Assembly (NCBI RefSeq): GCF_009914755.1
Contig: NC_060936.1
From: the human T2T-CHM13v2.0 reference genome, Homo sapiens
Direction: 5' to 3' (one strand)
DNA length: 64,000 nt
Shown one piece after another: positions 1 through 15,315 of this stretch; the first letter of the stretch is position 1; each line of letters begins with the position of its first letter. The notes below the pieces were generated by a model, which was given only the letters and a program-made list of their open reading frames with translations, searched no databases and was not told where the DNA came from. The translations under genes and the position numbers were made by a program.

Positions 1-199
1 AATGTTTTATAAACTTTTTAATCTACTATTTAACTTATTTAACTTATTAACTTTTAATTTAACTTATTATTTTTCACTTAATATCAAATGATGTTTGTAA
101 ATGTCCTGAGAACTAGTTATTTCTGCTGGCTTATTATAATTTTAATTAAACAAAACTATAATTATAAAGTTATAATCATAAACCTACCTTTATAATTAT

Positions 200-760
200 A
201 AAATTATACTTTGACAAAAATGGTTTCCTGAGAATCCATTGAAATGCTGACATAGTTGTGAGGCTTGGGGGTGCGTGCATCTCATGCTGCTAAAGTCGGT
301 GTCAAGTTGAGGACGCAATTCAGTACCAATCCCAGTCAATACAAATCCACTCTTACACAATGATGTGAATTCCTGGTGCACAGGCAGCTATCATTAGGTG
401 ACATTTGAAAAAAAAATGCTTGAATGTTGGACATTATCATAGTTGTTTCATGAAGAAGGTAAAATTTAGGATGTTTAGGAGAGTGGTACAGACATGACCG
501 TGGCATAAAACAGGGTTTCAATCATGTGTTTTCAAATTATCTGGCAGGAAAATTTCTGATGTGCTTATTTTTCCTTCATTTATAAATATGCTTAGTTCAC
601 AGCATCTTTTTGGAAAGTTACTTTGGGCCTGCAGGAAATATATAATGAGGTTCTCCAAAATAAGTGGGATTAGAAAGACAGGCAACCTTGTTTTCAAATA
701 TTTGATCTCAACATGGCCAATCTCATTGCTTTCACTATAAAATACACCAGAATGGGGGTC
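200..760 (-). mobile_element. Probable ancient hAT/Charlie-like transposase fossil
   Basis: ORF 196..381 contains FTSLCKSGFVLTGIGTELRPQLD, resembling the hAT C-terminal dimerisation motif (TYLCESGFS.L..IKTK.R..L). Confidence 0.35.
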
Positions 761-860
761 ATCTGATCTTGATACCTCAAAAGCAGTGTTGGGAAAAGAA
801 AAAGAACTAGTTAAAAGAAGTCTCAGTCTCTTAGCTGTTTTGCCACTCCCAAGAGAGGGA

Positions 861-1270
861 TGTATTTCAGATAGAATTTTGTGGCTGCAGGTAACAGAAA
901 ACCTAATTTAAGCTGTTATAAATAATAAAGGAAATGTTCATGAGAAGTCAAGATTCCAGTGAAGCTTGATCAGTTCAACAAGGCACCGTGGAACGAGTTT
1001 TTCTCTGACTCTCTTCTCTGCCTTTCCTCCATATCATCTTTGCCCAAGGCTGGCTACCCTCATGGGCACGAAATGGCTGCAAGCAACTCGCAGGGGCTCT
1101 CTGCTTCCCCATTTCTAGTCAGTAAGGAAAGAGAACATCTCTGCCTGTGCTTCTCAGAAGCCCCTAGAAAATGCTTGCATCTCATTTGCCCAAACTGGGT
1201 CACATGACCATCCATAAACTAACCACTTTGACAGGGGATGGTTTGTGCTGTTTGGCTTCAGTCATTCAGG
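861..1270 (-). mobile_element. Old MaLR LTR (MLT1J/K-like)
   Basis: ggctgcaggtaacagaaaacc...tctcatttgcccaaactgggtcacatgacc motifs typical of MLT1. Confidence 0.6.
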
Positions 1271-1679
1271 GCCTCCCCTGCTGCTGGTAACCATGAGCAT
1301 CTCCCAAGATGCAAGTGCTGAGTGAAGGAAAGGCAAAGGGCCTAACCAGGGAACTAACTGGTATCAACAGGGAGGGTGAACAGATGTTGTATGTGTGAGA
1401 CAAACGAATGTTCATTATGCAAAAGCATGGGAAAGTACTCCTAGGGTTCCTTACATGCCTCATCAGAGGGTGGTCTCTCCACCCGCTTCACCCATCCCTC
1501 AAGATGAACACTGATGGGTCTGCCATCAATTTCCAGCCAAGGGGTTGAGGCCCCCTGGTATACTGAAATGAGCAAGATAAAGTACCTGTAATTCATTACT
1601 AAGAATAGCCAAAGAGACAGTTTTTAAATTATTTCATTGTTTCCTATCCAATTGGCCTGATTCAAAGCCATCCATATGT

Positions 1680-2047
1680 TTTGTTTTGTTTTGCATCCTT
1701 TATGTTTTGCTTTCTTTTCTTTTTTCTTTTATTTTTATTTATTTATTTTTGTTTTGTTTTTTTGAGAGAGGGTCTCGCTCTGTCACCAGGCTGCACTGCA
1801 GTGGCGCGATCTCAGGTGACAGCAGCCTTGACCTCTTGGGCTCAAGCGATCCTCCTACCTCAGCTTCCTGAGCAGCTGGGATTACAGGCATGCACCACAC
1901 ATGCTTGGCTAATTTTTTTGTATTTTTTGTAGAGACAGGGTTTTGTCATGTTGCCCTGTCTGGTCTCAAATTCCTGAGCTCAAGCCATCCTCCCGCCTCA
2001 ACCTCCCAAAATCCTAGGATTACGGACATGAGCCACTGCGCCTGGCC
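1680..2047 (-). mobile_element. AluJ with expanded T-rich tail
   Basis: Full dimeric Alu in reverse with AluJ diagnostic gctcaagcgatcctcc. Confidence 0.9.
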
Positions 2048-2499
2048 CCACTTTGTCAAGTGGGCAAGTAATAGCTGCAGTTACAAATACTTTGTAGAAT
2101 TGCCATAGACTCTTCACCCTTCATCTGTGCTGCCTTACATGGGAACATGTATTGGCCAACCCAGGAGAAAAATGGAATCAAGCAGGCCAGAAGCAGTTCC
2201 TTCCTCCACTTCATCTCCCACTCTGCCTCCCACCCAACTCTTCCACAAGCATCATTCAACTTTGAAACAACAATGCTTTTCAACTTTCACTTTACACTTC
2301 AAAGCCTCAGAGCAGTAGGCACCATAGCCCAATTTCATTGATGGTGACTGCAGAGAAAACACTTTGCCTCCTCCCACACATCAATATTGGGATTTCTGTT
2401 AGTGAGCAGCCAACCTGTTCTCACCCTGCCTTCAAAAAACACTCTCAGTACAATACTACCAACCAGCCTTTGTCAAATTTCACTTTGCTGTTTACTTTT

Positions 2500-3100
2500 T
2501 AAATCTTTTCTCTTTCATTATGTAACTAATTAATATTTATTGCAAAGTTATAGGAAATGCACATCAGCTAAGAAAAAGAAATAAAACCTGCCATAATCTC
2601 ACCCCCAGAGAAAATCACTGCATTTTGGAGCTATGTCATTTCATATCTTTGATATGTGTATATCCACACAGATCATTTTTCAAAAACCAAAATAGAATCA
2701 TGCTATAAATATTACTTTGTAACATGTCTTTTGACTCAAAAAAATCAAACATCTTTATATATCAATAAACATACTTACATTATGTTGCCGTTATACTTAA
2801 TTGCTGCATTGTATTCCATTGTGTAGATACACCATAATTATTTAACCTGTCTTCTATTGTGAGATGTAAAGTTGTTTTCCAATAGTTTGCTATTACAAGC
2901 AGCATGCTGGTGAACAGTTTTGTTGATGAATCTCTATGTCCATGAAAGGATATTTCCTTAGGATTCTTGACAGCAGAGTTGTTGGATCTAAGGACATGCT
3001 CATTTCTAAAGCATCTGGTATGCATTGAGAATTGCCCTTCTGAAATGCCAGCACAAAGTATTTACCAGATTTATCTGAGAGCACCCATTTTCCCATAATT
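2500..3100 (-). mobile_element. Old L1 (L1ME-like) 3' fragment
   Basis: gtattccattgtgtagatacaccataattatttaacc...tgctattacaagcagcatgctg pattern. Confidence 0.7.
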
Positions 3101-3236
3101 TCTAAGTATTTTTTTATTTAAAAAAAATCCTAAGGTGCAGGAAAATTTCAAGACAAGATAATCTAGGTAATATTCTGATTATTGTTTCTCCAAACTGCAG
3201 GTTGAGAAAAATGACTTTTATACTAAAATATAATTT

Positions 3237-3387
3237 GCCAAGTATGATGGCTTGAACCTGTAATCCTAACCTTACTTGGGAGACTGAAGCAAGAGGATCA
3301 CTTGGGCCGAGGAGCTCGAGGCTGCAGTGAGCTGCACTCCAGCCTCAGTGACAGTGTGATCCTGTCTCTAAAAAAAATAAATAAAAA
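3237..3387 (+). mobile_element. FRAM / monomeric Alu
   Basis: Right-arm Alu monomer with A tail; approximate TSD aaaatataat. Confidence 0.8.
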
Positions 3388-3679
3388 TATAATATAGTTA
3401 ATTTATCTCTCTTCTTTATATTGAGCATGTATCAACTTCTGAGTAATGTGAGATTTCCCCTAGGTATAGACAAGGCAAATTAATAGGGAGAAAAAAAAAC
3501 CCACGAACAATTATCTGGATAATTCATTCATAAACCTCCGCTATGGGAGCAGGAAGAGAGGGGAAGTACATTTGCATCTTTACCTTGACAAGATTCAGCT
3601 CTCCAAATCAACTGCTAAAACCACCAATAATAATTATTTTTAATGCCTAATTTTTTGCTCTAAAGTGTAATGCTAATAG

Positions 3680-3900
3680 TAGTAGCTTCCATTTATCTAA
3701 TGCTTGCTATCAGTGAGGAATTTAGCAATTAATTTAATCCTCAGAACAGAGTAGGAGTGATTCCCCATTCTACTGAAGAAATTGAGGCCCAAATTCTTCA
3801 GAGAGGTTGAGTAATTTGTTCAAGGTCACACAGCTGGTCACCAGACAGAACCAGGGTCAGGGCTCAGGTCCATCTGTCTCCAAAACCCTTACCATGTCCA
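3680..3900 (-). mobile_element. MIR
   Basis: ccccattctactgaagaaattgaggc...tcaaggtcacacagct core. Confidence 0.7.
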
Positions 3901-4071
3901 CTGTATCACACAGCAGCCCCCTCTTTGGTGTCAAGGTAGACTCTGTGCTGCCCAGGACTCCTTAAACCTAGCCATACATCTCAGAGAAACCCATGAGCCT
4001 CCTGTGCCTATCTCCATTTGGAAGCATTGTATTAACACTCCTTTTATTTTAACCCCTTGTCTTCTCATCAG

Positions 4072-4151
4072 GTCCCAGACAAGCCAATGAAGAGCATCAA
4101 GTATATGGACAAGGAAATAATAAACCTCAAAAAGGACCTTATACGAAGCCG
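4072..4151 (+). CDS. CCDC60: CCDC60 coding exon (likely exon 2), 80 nt, phase 0 to 2: VPDKPMKSIKYMDKEIINLKKDLIRS(R)
   Basis: Acceptor ccccttgtcttctcatcag|GTC; donor AGCCG|gtgagt; open frame; CG joins C of the next exon to give Arg. Confidence 0.93.
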
Positions 4152-4489
4152 GTGAGTGAGCCCAGCAGGGAATGATCCATAGACAACCCAACAGGCATGA
4201 GCAGGCTATGGGGTGTTGCCTACAAGTCCTTGCCCAGTCCCAGCATCCCCCAATTCTGAACACTAAGCAGAAGACTTACAGGAGGGTAACCCTGGGAGGA
4301 GCAGAGGGCAGGATCGCTTTCTCAGCTGGACTTTCCAGGGAGTACCCATGCCATGCCAGCCTCCAGCCACCTGCCTAGAATTCCCTCTGCTTTTCTTCCT
4401 GGACCTGAATCCAACTCAAGAGAGTGTCCCCATGCTCCAGAAAACCTTCCCTTTTTTACTCCAGACACACGTGATGATACCGTGGAGTC

Positions 4490-4640
4490 AGAGTCGTTCT
4501 CAAATTCTGGTCCTGTTACCTGCTAGCTGGGATGCTGGAGGAGTTATTTAAACTCTCTGGGACTCTTTTTCCCTATCTGTAAAATGAGAATAATAGGAGG
4601 TTGTTAGAAGAACCGAGGGAAATAAAGCAGATAAAGTGTC
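4490..4640 (+). mobile_element. MIR
   Basis: ctatctgtaaaatgagaataata core. Confidence 0.6.
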
Positions 4641-5219
4641 CCTCATATGGCCTTGAATACAGGGCTGTTCCTATCTTTCCTCTCCTCACTCCCTATTCCT
4701 TTCCTCCCTGATGACTGAGGCCCAGGACCATGTTTCAGCCATCTCTGTCTAGTGAGATGGAATTTTTTTCCCTTACCCCTTAACTGTTTCCTGAGACCTG
4801 GAACATCCCAAGGTAGGATCCTAAAATGAGACTTTTGGTAAAGCAACTCAAGACAGAGTAAGAGATGAAGACTCTTTTAGCACAAAACACGTAAGATGTG
4901 TGCTGAGAGGGGTAATCTAGGTAGCGGGGAAGTTCTATTGATCTTAGACATCTCCCACTCTGAGCCAGATGCAGTGAGAGGCAAAGTGAGACACCCTCTC
5001 CCTTCACCTCCATCTTCTGAAAGCCACCCTTCTCCACCACTACCGGAATCTCCACCCTGCCCCATCCAGCAGCACAACTTCATGGAACTGATGACTGAGC
5101 CCAGGAGGACTCCTGGAAGGTAGAGGAAGGGAAAGGAGTTAAAGGGCCTAGGGGAGAGGTGAAGAGAGTGCCCCACTGACTGCAGGGGGTGGCTGTGTCA
5201 GCTATTGGAGGGTCTCTAG

Positions 5220-5534
5220 ACACTGTCTAGTGAAATATAATTTGAGCCTTGTGTGTAATTTTAAGCTTCTGAGTAGCCACACTAGAAAAAGTAAATAGAA
5301 ACAGGTGAAAGTAATTCTAATAATATTTTTAACTCAGTACCTCCAAAATATTATCATTCAACATGTAATCAGTATTAAAAATGTATTGATGAGATGCTTT
5401 TCATTATGTTTTTTCATACATGATGAAAAGTAATGAAGGGATGAAAAATAATGAATGATGAAAGATCTGGGATGTATTTCATACTTAGAACACGTGTCAA
5501 TTTGCACCAGTAACATTTCAAGTGCCCAGTAATT
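5220..5534. mobile_element. MER33 (hAT-Charlie non-autonomous)
   Basis: gtagccacactagaaaaagtaaatagaaacaggtgaaa...caaaatattatcattcaacatgtaatc. Confidence 0.7.
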
Positions 5535-6275
<741 letters not shown>

Positions 6276-6467
6276 TAAGAGACAATACATAAGAGTCAAT
6301 GCTGGGATGTTCTTGCAGAGAATGATCCAGCTCAAAGAGGCCAGCAGGGCTCAGTCTCATATTCCTTTGCAGAGCTGAGCTCAAAGGCAGCATTTGAACT
6401 TGGATCTCCAAATTGAGGGCCTAGAGCCACAAGGATCCTCTGTTAGTTTCAGACATACTGGCCTCTC

Positions 6468-7530
<1,063 letters not shown>

Positions 7531-8078
7531 TCTACAGTGTTTGAACCCAAGTTAGAGGGCTTTTGAGGCTGATGCCTTGGGAACCTTGGAGCCCCAGGGA
7601 CTGGTGACATGTAGGATCAAGAAGCCAAGAGCCATCTGAGTAGGGACAGCAACTGTGGCAGGCAGCTGAGAAAGAAGATGGCATGGTGAGGGATGAGCCT
7701 CCCAAAAGGGAATTGCACTCTGTTCCACAGCTTTGCCCAGAGATGTTCCAGGCTTCACAAGGAATGGTGCAGCAGGGACGTTGGATCAGAAGAGAGGTTC
7801 CAAATACAGAATTTCATGGGCATCAATCAGTCGTAACAGACACTGGCCATACCCAACCATCATGACCATGTTAGTTCTTACTAGCTGAGTATTATCAGCC
7901 TTCAGGTAGATGAGGCCAACTAAGAGCCCCAGATGCAAAGACATGTCAGAATCTCTAGAGCCTGAGGAATGAGGGTCTCCACAAGAATCTGTACACTGTA
8001 GACAAATGGCTGTTGATGAGATAGACGCCAATAGATGCCTTGACCTAGACTTGACTCAGCCTAAGGAGGGCGACAAAG

Positions 8079-8592
8079 CAGTGGCTTGCCAGCTTGTAAC
8101 TAGAGCCCACTGCTAAATTTTCAGTGGAAAATTATTGAACCAATTATTAAACACAGCTATTGTTAAAGATTAATTATATAAATGTATATCTATAATTGCA
8201 AACCGATCGTTAAACACAGCTATTATTAGAAATTAATTACATGAATTTACAATTAAGTACAATTAAATAAATTCTATTAAAGCACAGGTAATAAATACTT
8301 AGAACTCATACCTTCCTAATTGTTTTATACAGTTTGCTAATCTCTATGCCCTAGAGGCTATCAATGGTTGTAGTATCTATGTGGTGGAAATAGTATATAA
8401 GGAGTGCTACAACAAATCTCTTCCCAGCTCTGTGTTCACTGACGTCACCACTTTGGTAGCTCGAAAGCAACTGGTGGGAATATCTGCACCACGGTGACAA
8501 TATTTGCACCGTGGAAATCAGCAAACACTACAAATCAGGGCTCAGTTCCCCCGACAGAGAGTCGGTTGTTAAACATTCACCAGCACACCACG
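8079..8592 (+). mobile_element. MER63 (hAT-Blackjack), MER63B-like
   Basis: Terminus gagagtcggttgttaaacattcaccagcacacca and internal ggtaataaatact...tgacgtcac. Confidence 0.7.
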
Positions 8593-8736
8593 GGGGACGT
8601 GCCCCAAGAACGACAAAGGTTCCACTTCCCACAGACCCAGTAGAATAGAGGGGATTAATTATTAATAAAAGGTGATACAGGCAACAGTTGTTCTGCCACT
8701 CTTCAGTTGGTCAGCTGAGTCTGTCACTCCCAACAG

Positions 8737-9433
8737 ACGCATTAAATGTTAAAGCTGAGATTTAACGTTCTGCTCGGACACCCTTAGCCTCTCCCACTGC
8801 CGGACACAAAGGAGAATGGGGAAAAGGCCAAACAGAGAAGCCACAAGCAAGCAAGAAAGAAACGACAATGAGATGTTCCATCTGGCCACACTTCTGGATC
8901 CCACCAACATTAAGGAAGGAATCAGGATTCCCCTTCAGAAGGAAACACCATGTTTTCCAAGGGAAGTCATCTCTCCAAGTGGCGCAAACTCCCTGACCCC
9001 ATATCCCAGTATTAAATGAGGCGAATTGTTAACAAAGATGATGTTGACTTTTCCATCCATTGTTTCTTAACTTTGTTTCCCCTCCTGTTAGAGACTAGCT
9101 CACCTTGAGCCAAACTATTTTACTGTCTCCTGGATTTTTGTTTAATATTTTAGCCCTCTTGTAATTCAATGGCACCGTCCCTGGTTTCATGGCCAATTTA
9201 ACCTGATGCTAAAAAGAATAAGATTCTAACTGCTTTCCTCCTCACCTGTTCCGTCAGATGTTCAGTGGCACTAAGCAGCACCCTAGGCACAAACTTGGCG
9301 AATTTCTAGCGGAAGTTGACAATCAGGGTCTCTTTGCATGTGCCCAGTTCTTGGCTGACTCTTGAAGTGCGATGACGTACCTTCCTGCAAAGGTGCCAGC
9401 GCTTTTTATTGTGAATGTTTTAAGGAAAATAAA
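8737..9433 (+). other. CCDC60: Candidate alternative terminal exon giving a truncated CCDC60 isoform (...IRSR-RIKC*)
   Basis: Acceptor ctgtcactcccaacag|A; in frame with exon 2 it reads CGA CGC ATT AAA TGT TAA (stop 8750-8752); ATTAAA at 9011 and AATAAA at 9428 follow in non-repetitive DNA. The 3' end is uncertain. Confidence 0.4.
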
Positions 9434-9739
9434 CATCTCTGCAATGAAAACAACTGCAATGTTGAACATGAAGCCGTGATTGGCAAAGTTTAGTTAGGTC
9501 CAGGCAATTGCAAATAAACGATGATGAATTATCCACTCTCCCCTACCCCCAGCAGGGTCCAGGTGATGCACGTGTTTAAGGGGTCTGAGACTTTGCTTTC
9601 CAGCTGTGTTTGGTAGACAGCTGAAGCAAAGTAATTAGAAATAACAAAGGTGGAATTTGGGGCAGAGAAAGAAGCTATTCTTTTTTTTTTTGGCAGGGGG
9701 GTTAGGCACTTCTTCTTGGTACTTCTTTAGCCCTCTGTA

Positions 9740-10520
9740 CTCATTCATTTTTTTTTGACAAATGTTTATTGAGTATGAGATATCACCAGGTGTACACCAG
9801 GCATTGCTGTATATATTGGAGATGAACAAAACAGACAAGACTCCTGTCTTTGATGAATAAGAGATGACGACTTGCATTATAATGAGGTAAAAACAACAAT
9901 CAAATTAACAAGTAAATAAGCAGAATTTGAAGGTGGGGATCTAAAACCAGGTGATGTATAAATAGTGGTGTTGAAGAAGCTGCTGCTTTAGCTACAGCCA
10001 TCAGACAAGAGTTGTTTATAAAGGGAACCCTGGGCCCAATACCTGAATAGTGAGAAAGAACCATCCCAATAAAGACATAGCAGGGTGAAAGGTGGTGTAT
10101 TTCAGAGAACAATAAATGAATGGGTACCAAAGTCAGAACAAGCTGGAAATGCTGGAAGAACTGAGGTGAGCTGGGTGGCCAGAGCAGAGTGAGAGAGGAT
10201 AAGAGAGACAAGAGATAAAATTGAAGAGTTGGGTAAGAGCTGGCCCACACGCTGCCTTGTAGGCTGCGATGAAAAGTATGGGTTTGAATCTAAGTGCCAC
10301 AAGAACCACAGGAGCATTCTGAGCAAGAGATGGATATAATCTGATTTTTTAAAAGAGCATCACATCCACTGCATAGAGGCTATGGTGAAAGATGACAATG
10401 GCTTCAATGAGGGAAACAGCAGTGAACTGGGGAGAAGTGGATGGATTCAGGATTCCTTTGGAGGTAGAGCCACAGGACTGGCTAATGGATTGGATGTGGG
10501 AGCCTAAGGAAAAGGCTGCA
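9740..10520 (-). mobile_element. L2 LINE 3' fragment
   Basis: cattcatt...caaatgtttattgag...tggattggatgtggg typical of reverse L2. Confidence 0.7.
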
Positions 10521-11112
10521 TTGTGCATCCACATTCTACAATGACCTGTTTCCATCTCTCACACTAGCATGTGAGCGATCTCACAGTAGGCACCATGTCA
10601 TGTCCACTGTCATGGTCCCAAGAAAGTGTTTATTGATGGGATGAATTAATTATCTTGTCCATCTCTAGAATTTATCAGTTGAAATAAGGGGGAAGGCTTA
10701 TTAGCTTAGTAGGGAAAGTGAATAAGTGAGGGGGCTTATAAATTAAACTGTGGGTTAATCAAGAGATAAGATAGCTAGCCCATTGCTTTAGGCCTTCCAG
10801 GTGAGCCTGATAACTTCTGCCTTTTCCACTGCCATTCAAACAGGAGTGTCCACTTTGACTTATCGATGACTGGTCTATGGCTGGAAGGAGGAGGTAGTAA
10901 TGTTGCCCTACAAAAGAATTAACCTGTCTTGCAAATCCCCAGGGTCTAGCTCAGTGCTTGGCACAGAGTGGGCACTAAGTAAATATTCTGAAGTTTATAT
11001 TTACATAGCATCTTACAATCTTCCCCGAGGCAGGCAGGAAAAGTCTTGTTGATTAATTCCTCAAATGAGAAAATTAAGATTCAGAGAAGTTCAGAGATCT
11101 ACTCAAAGTCAT

Positions 11113-11612
11113 TGTATCGGTCAGCTGTTGCTGCATAACAAACTACCCCCAAAACTCAGTAACTTAAAACAATGAGCATTTATTAGTGATTATGAGGCTA
11201 TGGTTCCACTGGGAGGTTCTCCAGCCTCAGATGGGCTCCCTTGTGCACCTGTAATCAGCTGAGGATCAGGGAGGTGGTTTTGCTGATCTTGGCTGGATTC
11301 TCTCATATGTTTGGAGGTCAGCTGGCTCTAGGCAGGTCTAGGATAGTCTTGGGCAGAACAACATGGTCTCTTGCTCTCAAATAGGTCAGCTAGGACTTGT
11401 AGTCCTAAGAAAGAATGAAAGTATGTGAGATCTTTTGAGCTTTAAGTTAGGAACTGGCAAAATGTCACTTCTGCCATATTCTTGTGGCCAAAGCAAGTCA
11501 CAAATCCAGACCAAGTTAAAGGTGGAAAAATAGATTCTACTTCTCAGTGGGAACAGCTGCAAATTCACACTACAAATGATGGAGATTTGGGTCCATTTTT
11601 TCAGTCTACCAC
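11113..11612 (-). mobile_element. MaLR LTR (MLT1G/H-like)
   Basis: gctgcataacaaactacccccaaaactcagtaacttaaaacaa...cagtctaccaca. Confidence 0.75.
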
Positions 11613-11927
11613 AATCATACAGCTAATTCTGCACTGGCCTTGGAGACATGAGCTAGCATCATTAGATAATCTGTACAAATCAGAGTCTCACTCTTGGGAA
11701 TGTAAAGTGGAAAGCACATCATTTAAGCAGACAGCAGTGGGCACAGAGGTTGAAACACTAAGAGAAAGGGATGCCAGAGGGTCCATGGTGAGCTGTTTGG
11801 AGCCAGAGGTTCCAGGGAACAATGACTATAGGTGAGCAGATGCTTTAAATTAAGGAAAGATGGAGAAGAAGCCAACTAGGAAATTAGAGAACACAGCAAG
11901 CAAAGAGAAGCAAGCGAGTCCCCTTGA

Positions 11928-12238
<311 letters not shown>

Positions 12239-13869
12239 GAGTGATACCAATACTTTTAACTGCATTACTCAGGTCCCTGAAGCTATCTTCTATAGAAAAT
12301 CTCCAGTTCTTCTCTCTGTGAATTTCTGATCTTGGATTTCCATGAGACCTTTCATATCCCTTATGACTCCATTATGTACTCTTAAAATAATCACCTCTCC
12401 AGTAGGCTAGTTTGCCAACCAAGGAGCCCAACAAAAATGATTTCCTTGTTCATAAAGTGCAGAGAAATCAAGAAGACATGTGGCACTTTTATCATCCCAC
12501 CAGCCCTATTTCTTGGGCTTCTTTTTGCATTAATAGTGTTTAATAGTGTTAATCATGGTCACTTTGAGATATGGTTTGTGTCTTGGCTGGCAGGTAGGGT
12601 GAGCTTCTCCTAACTTTTTTTGAAATAAGAAGGGAAAAAACTAATAAGTGCATTGAAACAATGCAAGTTCGATGACAGTCATGTGGCACATGTACCCCAC
12701 TTCTCTCTCCTGTGCCCAGGGCAGACATCGCTAATGGATCACAGCACTCTTTTATTCGAACCCAGATTTTCTAAAAACCTTCTCAGCCTAGCATTCCAGG
12801 CAGCTACCACCATGGAGTAGAATGGTTACATGGGATTTAATTTCTTTGTCATCTCCAAATTAGAAATCTCAAAAGGAAACTTTGATATCTATAGTGGCAT
12901 CTTATTAACTCAAATTGAGGCTTGGAGTATGAGGGACCAGCAGGAGGAACAGACCTCACCCAAATCCCTTTATGAATGAGGCTGCTTTTAAGTGAATTTA
13001 AGTAGTTGGAAAAATTATTGTTGATCTCAGGCATTTACTGACTGCTCTCAGTCGCTTCTGCATCTCATCGTTCAACACTCAGGATGCGCACATCCATAGC
13101 CAGTAGCCCAGAACTTCATTTAGAAGTTCAACCCTGGTTCTTCCCACCATTCCCTCCCCTAGACTTGAGACCTTGCCTCAAAGCCCCAGGATTGTTTAAG
13201 ATCATGGATTTATAAGTTGTTCAATATCTTGGAAGCAGGCATGGTTAAGGCTTCTGAAATGTATCTTGTGAATCATTCAAAGAAGACCTTAGTCCTCTTG
13301 AGTCACATCTTCCTCACACCCTGCAGACAGCAAGTGGCCATTTAACAAGTCACTAGTTTGTCCCATAAGGACAAACACTTGACCTCATGTTCTTAGCCCA
13401 GAACTGGTAAACACAACTGCACACCCCATGGGTAGGTTGCTGCTATGGGTTGGAGGGACCTGTCTCAAGTTAATTGCAGTTTTATCATCTTGGATGTGAC
13501 CCAGAGGCCCTACCTATTTTTCTCTGTTTCTGGTATCTTCATGTATCTTTGACACCTGTAGTTAACCATAGTTTTAGGGTGAGTTTTTTTTCTCTGCCTT
13601 TCTTACACTACTCTCTCCTGAGGGTAAATATCTTTTTTATTCCTTTCCTTGTGTCAAAGTCTGCCTTGGAGACCCCAGTAAAAGAGAATTTAACTAGAAG
13701 ACCATGCTTTCAAATTTAACCATCAAAAATATTTTGAACTTCTGAACCTTTTGTTACACAGGGCTTTGCACAAAACTTTGTTTTCCAAAATTCTTTTCCA
13801 GATGACAAGCAATGTGCTCAGTTTTATAGCCAGGCTTGGCAGGCTCACAGAGCATAGTCAAAAGTCTTC

Positions 13870-14310
13870 TGGCATTGGAGTCAGCTGTGGGTTCAAATCC
13901 TAACTCTTCCAGTTATTAGCTGGGTGGCTGTACACAAATGAATTCACTTCTCTAGACCTCAGTTACTTTATCTATGTTATGGGAGAGAGAGATAACAAGA
14001 TCTATTCCACACTACTGTTGGGATTTTTGAGAACAATATGGATGAGGAATATATGACTAGACCAATAAAAGGAAGTCACTGTCTTTTTTATGCTAGCTGT
14101 CTTGAAAGTATCTGAAAATATTCATGGGTGGCAACAAAGAACATGAGCTATGCAGACAGAGAGACTCAACCAGACTCCTGTCAGCTGGGTGACCTTGGGC
14201 TGGTCATTTCACCTCTCTGAGCCTTAGTTTCTCCTCTTGGGATGGGACTGTGCCTTCCTACAGGGATTTTTGTGTCTGAATAAGGACAGAATGAGATAAT
14301 GTACATAAAA
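13870..14310 (+). mobile_element. Two tandem MIR fragments
   Basis: gggttcaaatcc...cctcagtt; tgaccttggg...ctctgagccttagtttc. Confidence 0.65.
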
Positions 14311-15020
14311 ACCCCCGTTCTGCTTCCCTTTCTTAGATCCTACAATGCCTGGAGAACAGAGATGAGGCCAAGGAATTCAGAGCCCAGTAGCCCCACCTAT
14401 CTTTAATTAACTAGAGGACATCACTCCAGCATCTTCTGCTCTCCAGGCTTCCATGGTCCTGGACCATGAGAATACATGCTCCTCATCATTGAAGATGCAG
14501 GATGAGATCTTACTCTGTAGAGTACAAACAGTATATACATCCCTTTTCTGGGCAAAAAAAAAAAAAAAAAAAAAAAGAGTTAGCTCAGTCCCTGCATTGC
14601 CCTAGGAAACACTTAGCTACATGGGTCCTTAGGTGAATTTATTCTGTTGATCAAACTTGTGTGTGTGTGCACGTGCATGCATACACACACACATGTGAGA
14701 GACAGAGTGTGTGTGTTATCCAAAGTAGACTCCACACTATATGTAACTCCCCTAGACCTGGAGGGGAGAAGGGAGTACCCAGGTCAGAATTTGATTCATT
14801 TACATCCTTAATTTACCAGTGGGAGAGTCCAGATCAGCTACAGTCAGAAAGGAAATTTCAGGAGATAAAATGCTGACAGCGAATGGCAATTGTCCCTCTT
14901 TTATCATTTTCAATATTGTTGCAACAATGCTGACCTCTGTTCTCCCAAGTCATGAACAGAGAGAGCCAATGATTTAAAGAGACCAATTAGATTTTAGCTC
15001 CATAAGCAAACAGGTCATCT

Positions 15021-15232
15021 TGCTCAAAGAAGTTTCCCAGTGTATACTGAGCAGGTCACCTGTCCTACAAAATGCACCATGAAGAAAAGTGTTCTGTAGT
15101 CACAGATGTTTAAGAAATGCTGTGAACTGCACCCCCATCCCAGAGACTCTTAGTGCACAGTGATATTTTCAAGCTCAGTAAAGTCCAATAGCAAAGAAGC
15201 CTACTTAAATATAGGTAGTCCAGCATTTCCTA
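15021..15232. mobile_element. MER103C-like DNA transposon fragment
   Basis: gttctgtagtcacagatgtttaagaaatgctg...gcaaagaagcctacttaa...cagcatttcc. Confidence 0.5.
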
Positions 15233-15315
15233 GTCATTAAGGCATGACCTCCATTTCTGGCCATATAGCCGACTAGACACCTTGGATGATTCTCCCAATG
15301 AGGGAAAAATAACTA

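Noticed and set aside
14554-14577. Isolated poly(A) run, possible processed-pseudogene tail
   Set aside because: No recognisable upstream retrocopy, poly(A) signal or TSD; treated as a simple mononucleotide run.
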